A stretch of DNA of 62,869 nt, taken from NCBI GenBank assembly GCA_964568885.1, contig CAZMSF010000004.1, positions 1-62,869 of the forward strand. The letters run 5' to 3'. Numbering within the stretch: position 1 is the stretch's first letter; each line of letters begins with the position of its first letter. The position numbers and the translations under genes were made by a program. Source of the stretch: an uncultured Gammaproteobacteria bacterium. GTDB lineage: Bacteria; Patescibacteriota; Microgenomatia; Levybacterales; GWA1-39-11. The notes beneath the pieces were generated by a model that was given only the letters and a program-made list of their open reading frames with translations, did no database searches and was not told where the DNA came from. This document shows positions 62,455 to 62,869 of the stretch, in pieces.

Positions 62455-62862
62455 TTAGGAGTGGTGTTTTACTTTATCTGCCACCTTAAGCTCAAGCAAA
62501 GATTTTTGAAGATTTTTTTCCGCCATGATAAGCTCTGCGGTTGATTGTTTGTTTATGATTATTTCCTCCGCTAACTTTTTTGCCTCAAGAGCTCGTGCCG
62601 ACTGGATGGATTCGGCCCTGATAGCATAGTCGGATAATACCATAACGACGTTCTCCTTCACTTTAAGAAATCCTCCAAGAATTGCGATAATGGTGTTTTT
62701 TCCGCCTCTTTTGACTGTGATTGTGCCTTCCGACAGCTTTGAAAATATAGGTACATGATGAGTAAGTACGGAAATTTCGCCGTTTGGGGTGGGAAGCTGT
62801 ACTTCATCAACGGAATCCGAAAAAATCTGTCCTTCGGGCGAAAGAATTTGAAGTGCGAACAT
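62455..62862 (-). CDS. atpC: F-type ATP synthase epsilon subunit
   Basis: MFALQILSPEGQIFSDSVDEVQLPTPNGEISVLTHHVP, typical of the AtpC N-terminal beta-sandwich, followed by a C-terminal helical hairpin. Confidence 0.9.
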   Translation of the reverse strand: MFALQILSPEGQIFSDSVDEVQLPTPNGEISVLTHHVPIFSKLSEGTITVKRGGKNTIIAILGGFLKVKENVVMVLSDYAIRAESIQSARALEAKKLAEEIIINKQSTAELIMAEKNLQKSLLELKVADKVKHHS

Positions 62863-62869
62863 ATAATTA

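Noticed and set aside
7120-62489. Long shadow ORFs: 7120..7608+, 8141..8557-, 11465..11869-, 32208..32618-, 41852..42226-, 42337..42705-, 47572..47937+, 50987..51352+, 56779..57267-, 61980..62489+
   Set aside because: Each lies antisense to or out of frame with a gene that has clear family motifs. Their translations are Phe/Ile/Leu/Ser/Lys-rich, as expected for alternate frames of AT-rich coding DNA, and show no domains.
1-62869. CRISPR arrays, tRNA or rRNA genes, transposases, integrases, prophage genes
   Set aside because: I saw no direct-repeat/spacer periodicity, no cloverleaf-like segment in the few non-coding gaps (all under 330 nt), and no ORF with DDE, tyrosine- or serine-recombinase motifs. 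tRNAscan-SE, Infernal or CRISPR-finder were not run, so small elements could have been missed.

Overview
This is an AT-rich, very gene-dense bacterial window in the standard genetic code; TAA, TAG and TGA all act as stops and the long ORFs are intact. Gene content, small overlapping genes and low GC suggest a small-genome lineage such as Patescibacteria/CPR, but that is inference only.

Layout:
- About 1-17.4 kb is housekeeping: ftsZ (5' partial), YbaK-type deacylase, a pseudouridine synthase, ileS, a SEDS protein, rplU-rpmA, parB and lepB. Interleaved with these are envelope-modifying genes: a membrane SGNH hydrolase, two AT3 acyltransferases, a NodB deacetylase and a carbamoyltransferase with DUF5989- and SxtJ-like partners. 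A divergent DUF4258 / Cas4-like nuclease pair also sits here.
- About 18.3-61.7 kb is one continuous surface-glycan locus. It holds about 10 Leloir glycosyltransferases (GT2, GT4, GT17-like), about 8 polytopic GT-C-like membrane proteins (YfhO, PMT/ArnT-like, DUF2723-like), a Wzx-like flippase and a Wzy/ligase-like protein. It also holds six SAM methyltransferases, two more paralogs of the membrane SGNH protein, a complete GDP-glycero-manno-heptose operon, and C-methyl, amino and uronic sugar enzymes.
- The window ends with a membrane-anchored Ig-like protein and atpC.

I recognised no rRNA, tRNA, CRISPR array, transposase or integrase.

Most notable observations:
- The glycan locus combines many GT-C-like proteins with three short Dpm1/GtrB-like GT2s and shows no priming phosphoglycosyltransferase.
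- The TM-anchored SGNH family is triplicated. One copy is coupled to ftsZ and two sit at the ends of mirror-image divergent arms.
- -10 hexamers recur 6-11 nt upstream of start codons, which suggests leaderless mRNAs.
- Three RNA/DNA structural elements stand out: a perfect 14-bp palindrome, a 10-bp hairpin abutting a start codon, and an orphan intrinsic terminator that suggests an unannotated small RNA.

All family calls rest on motif recognition by eye. No database search was run.
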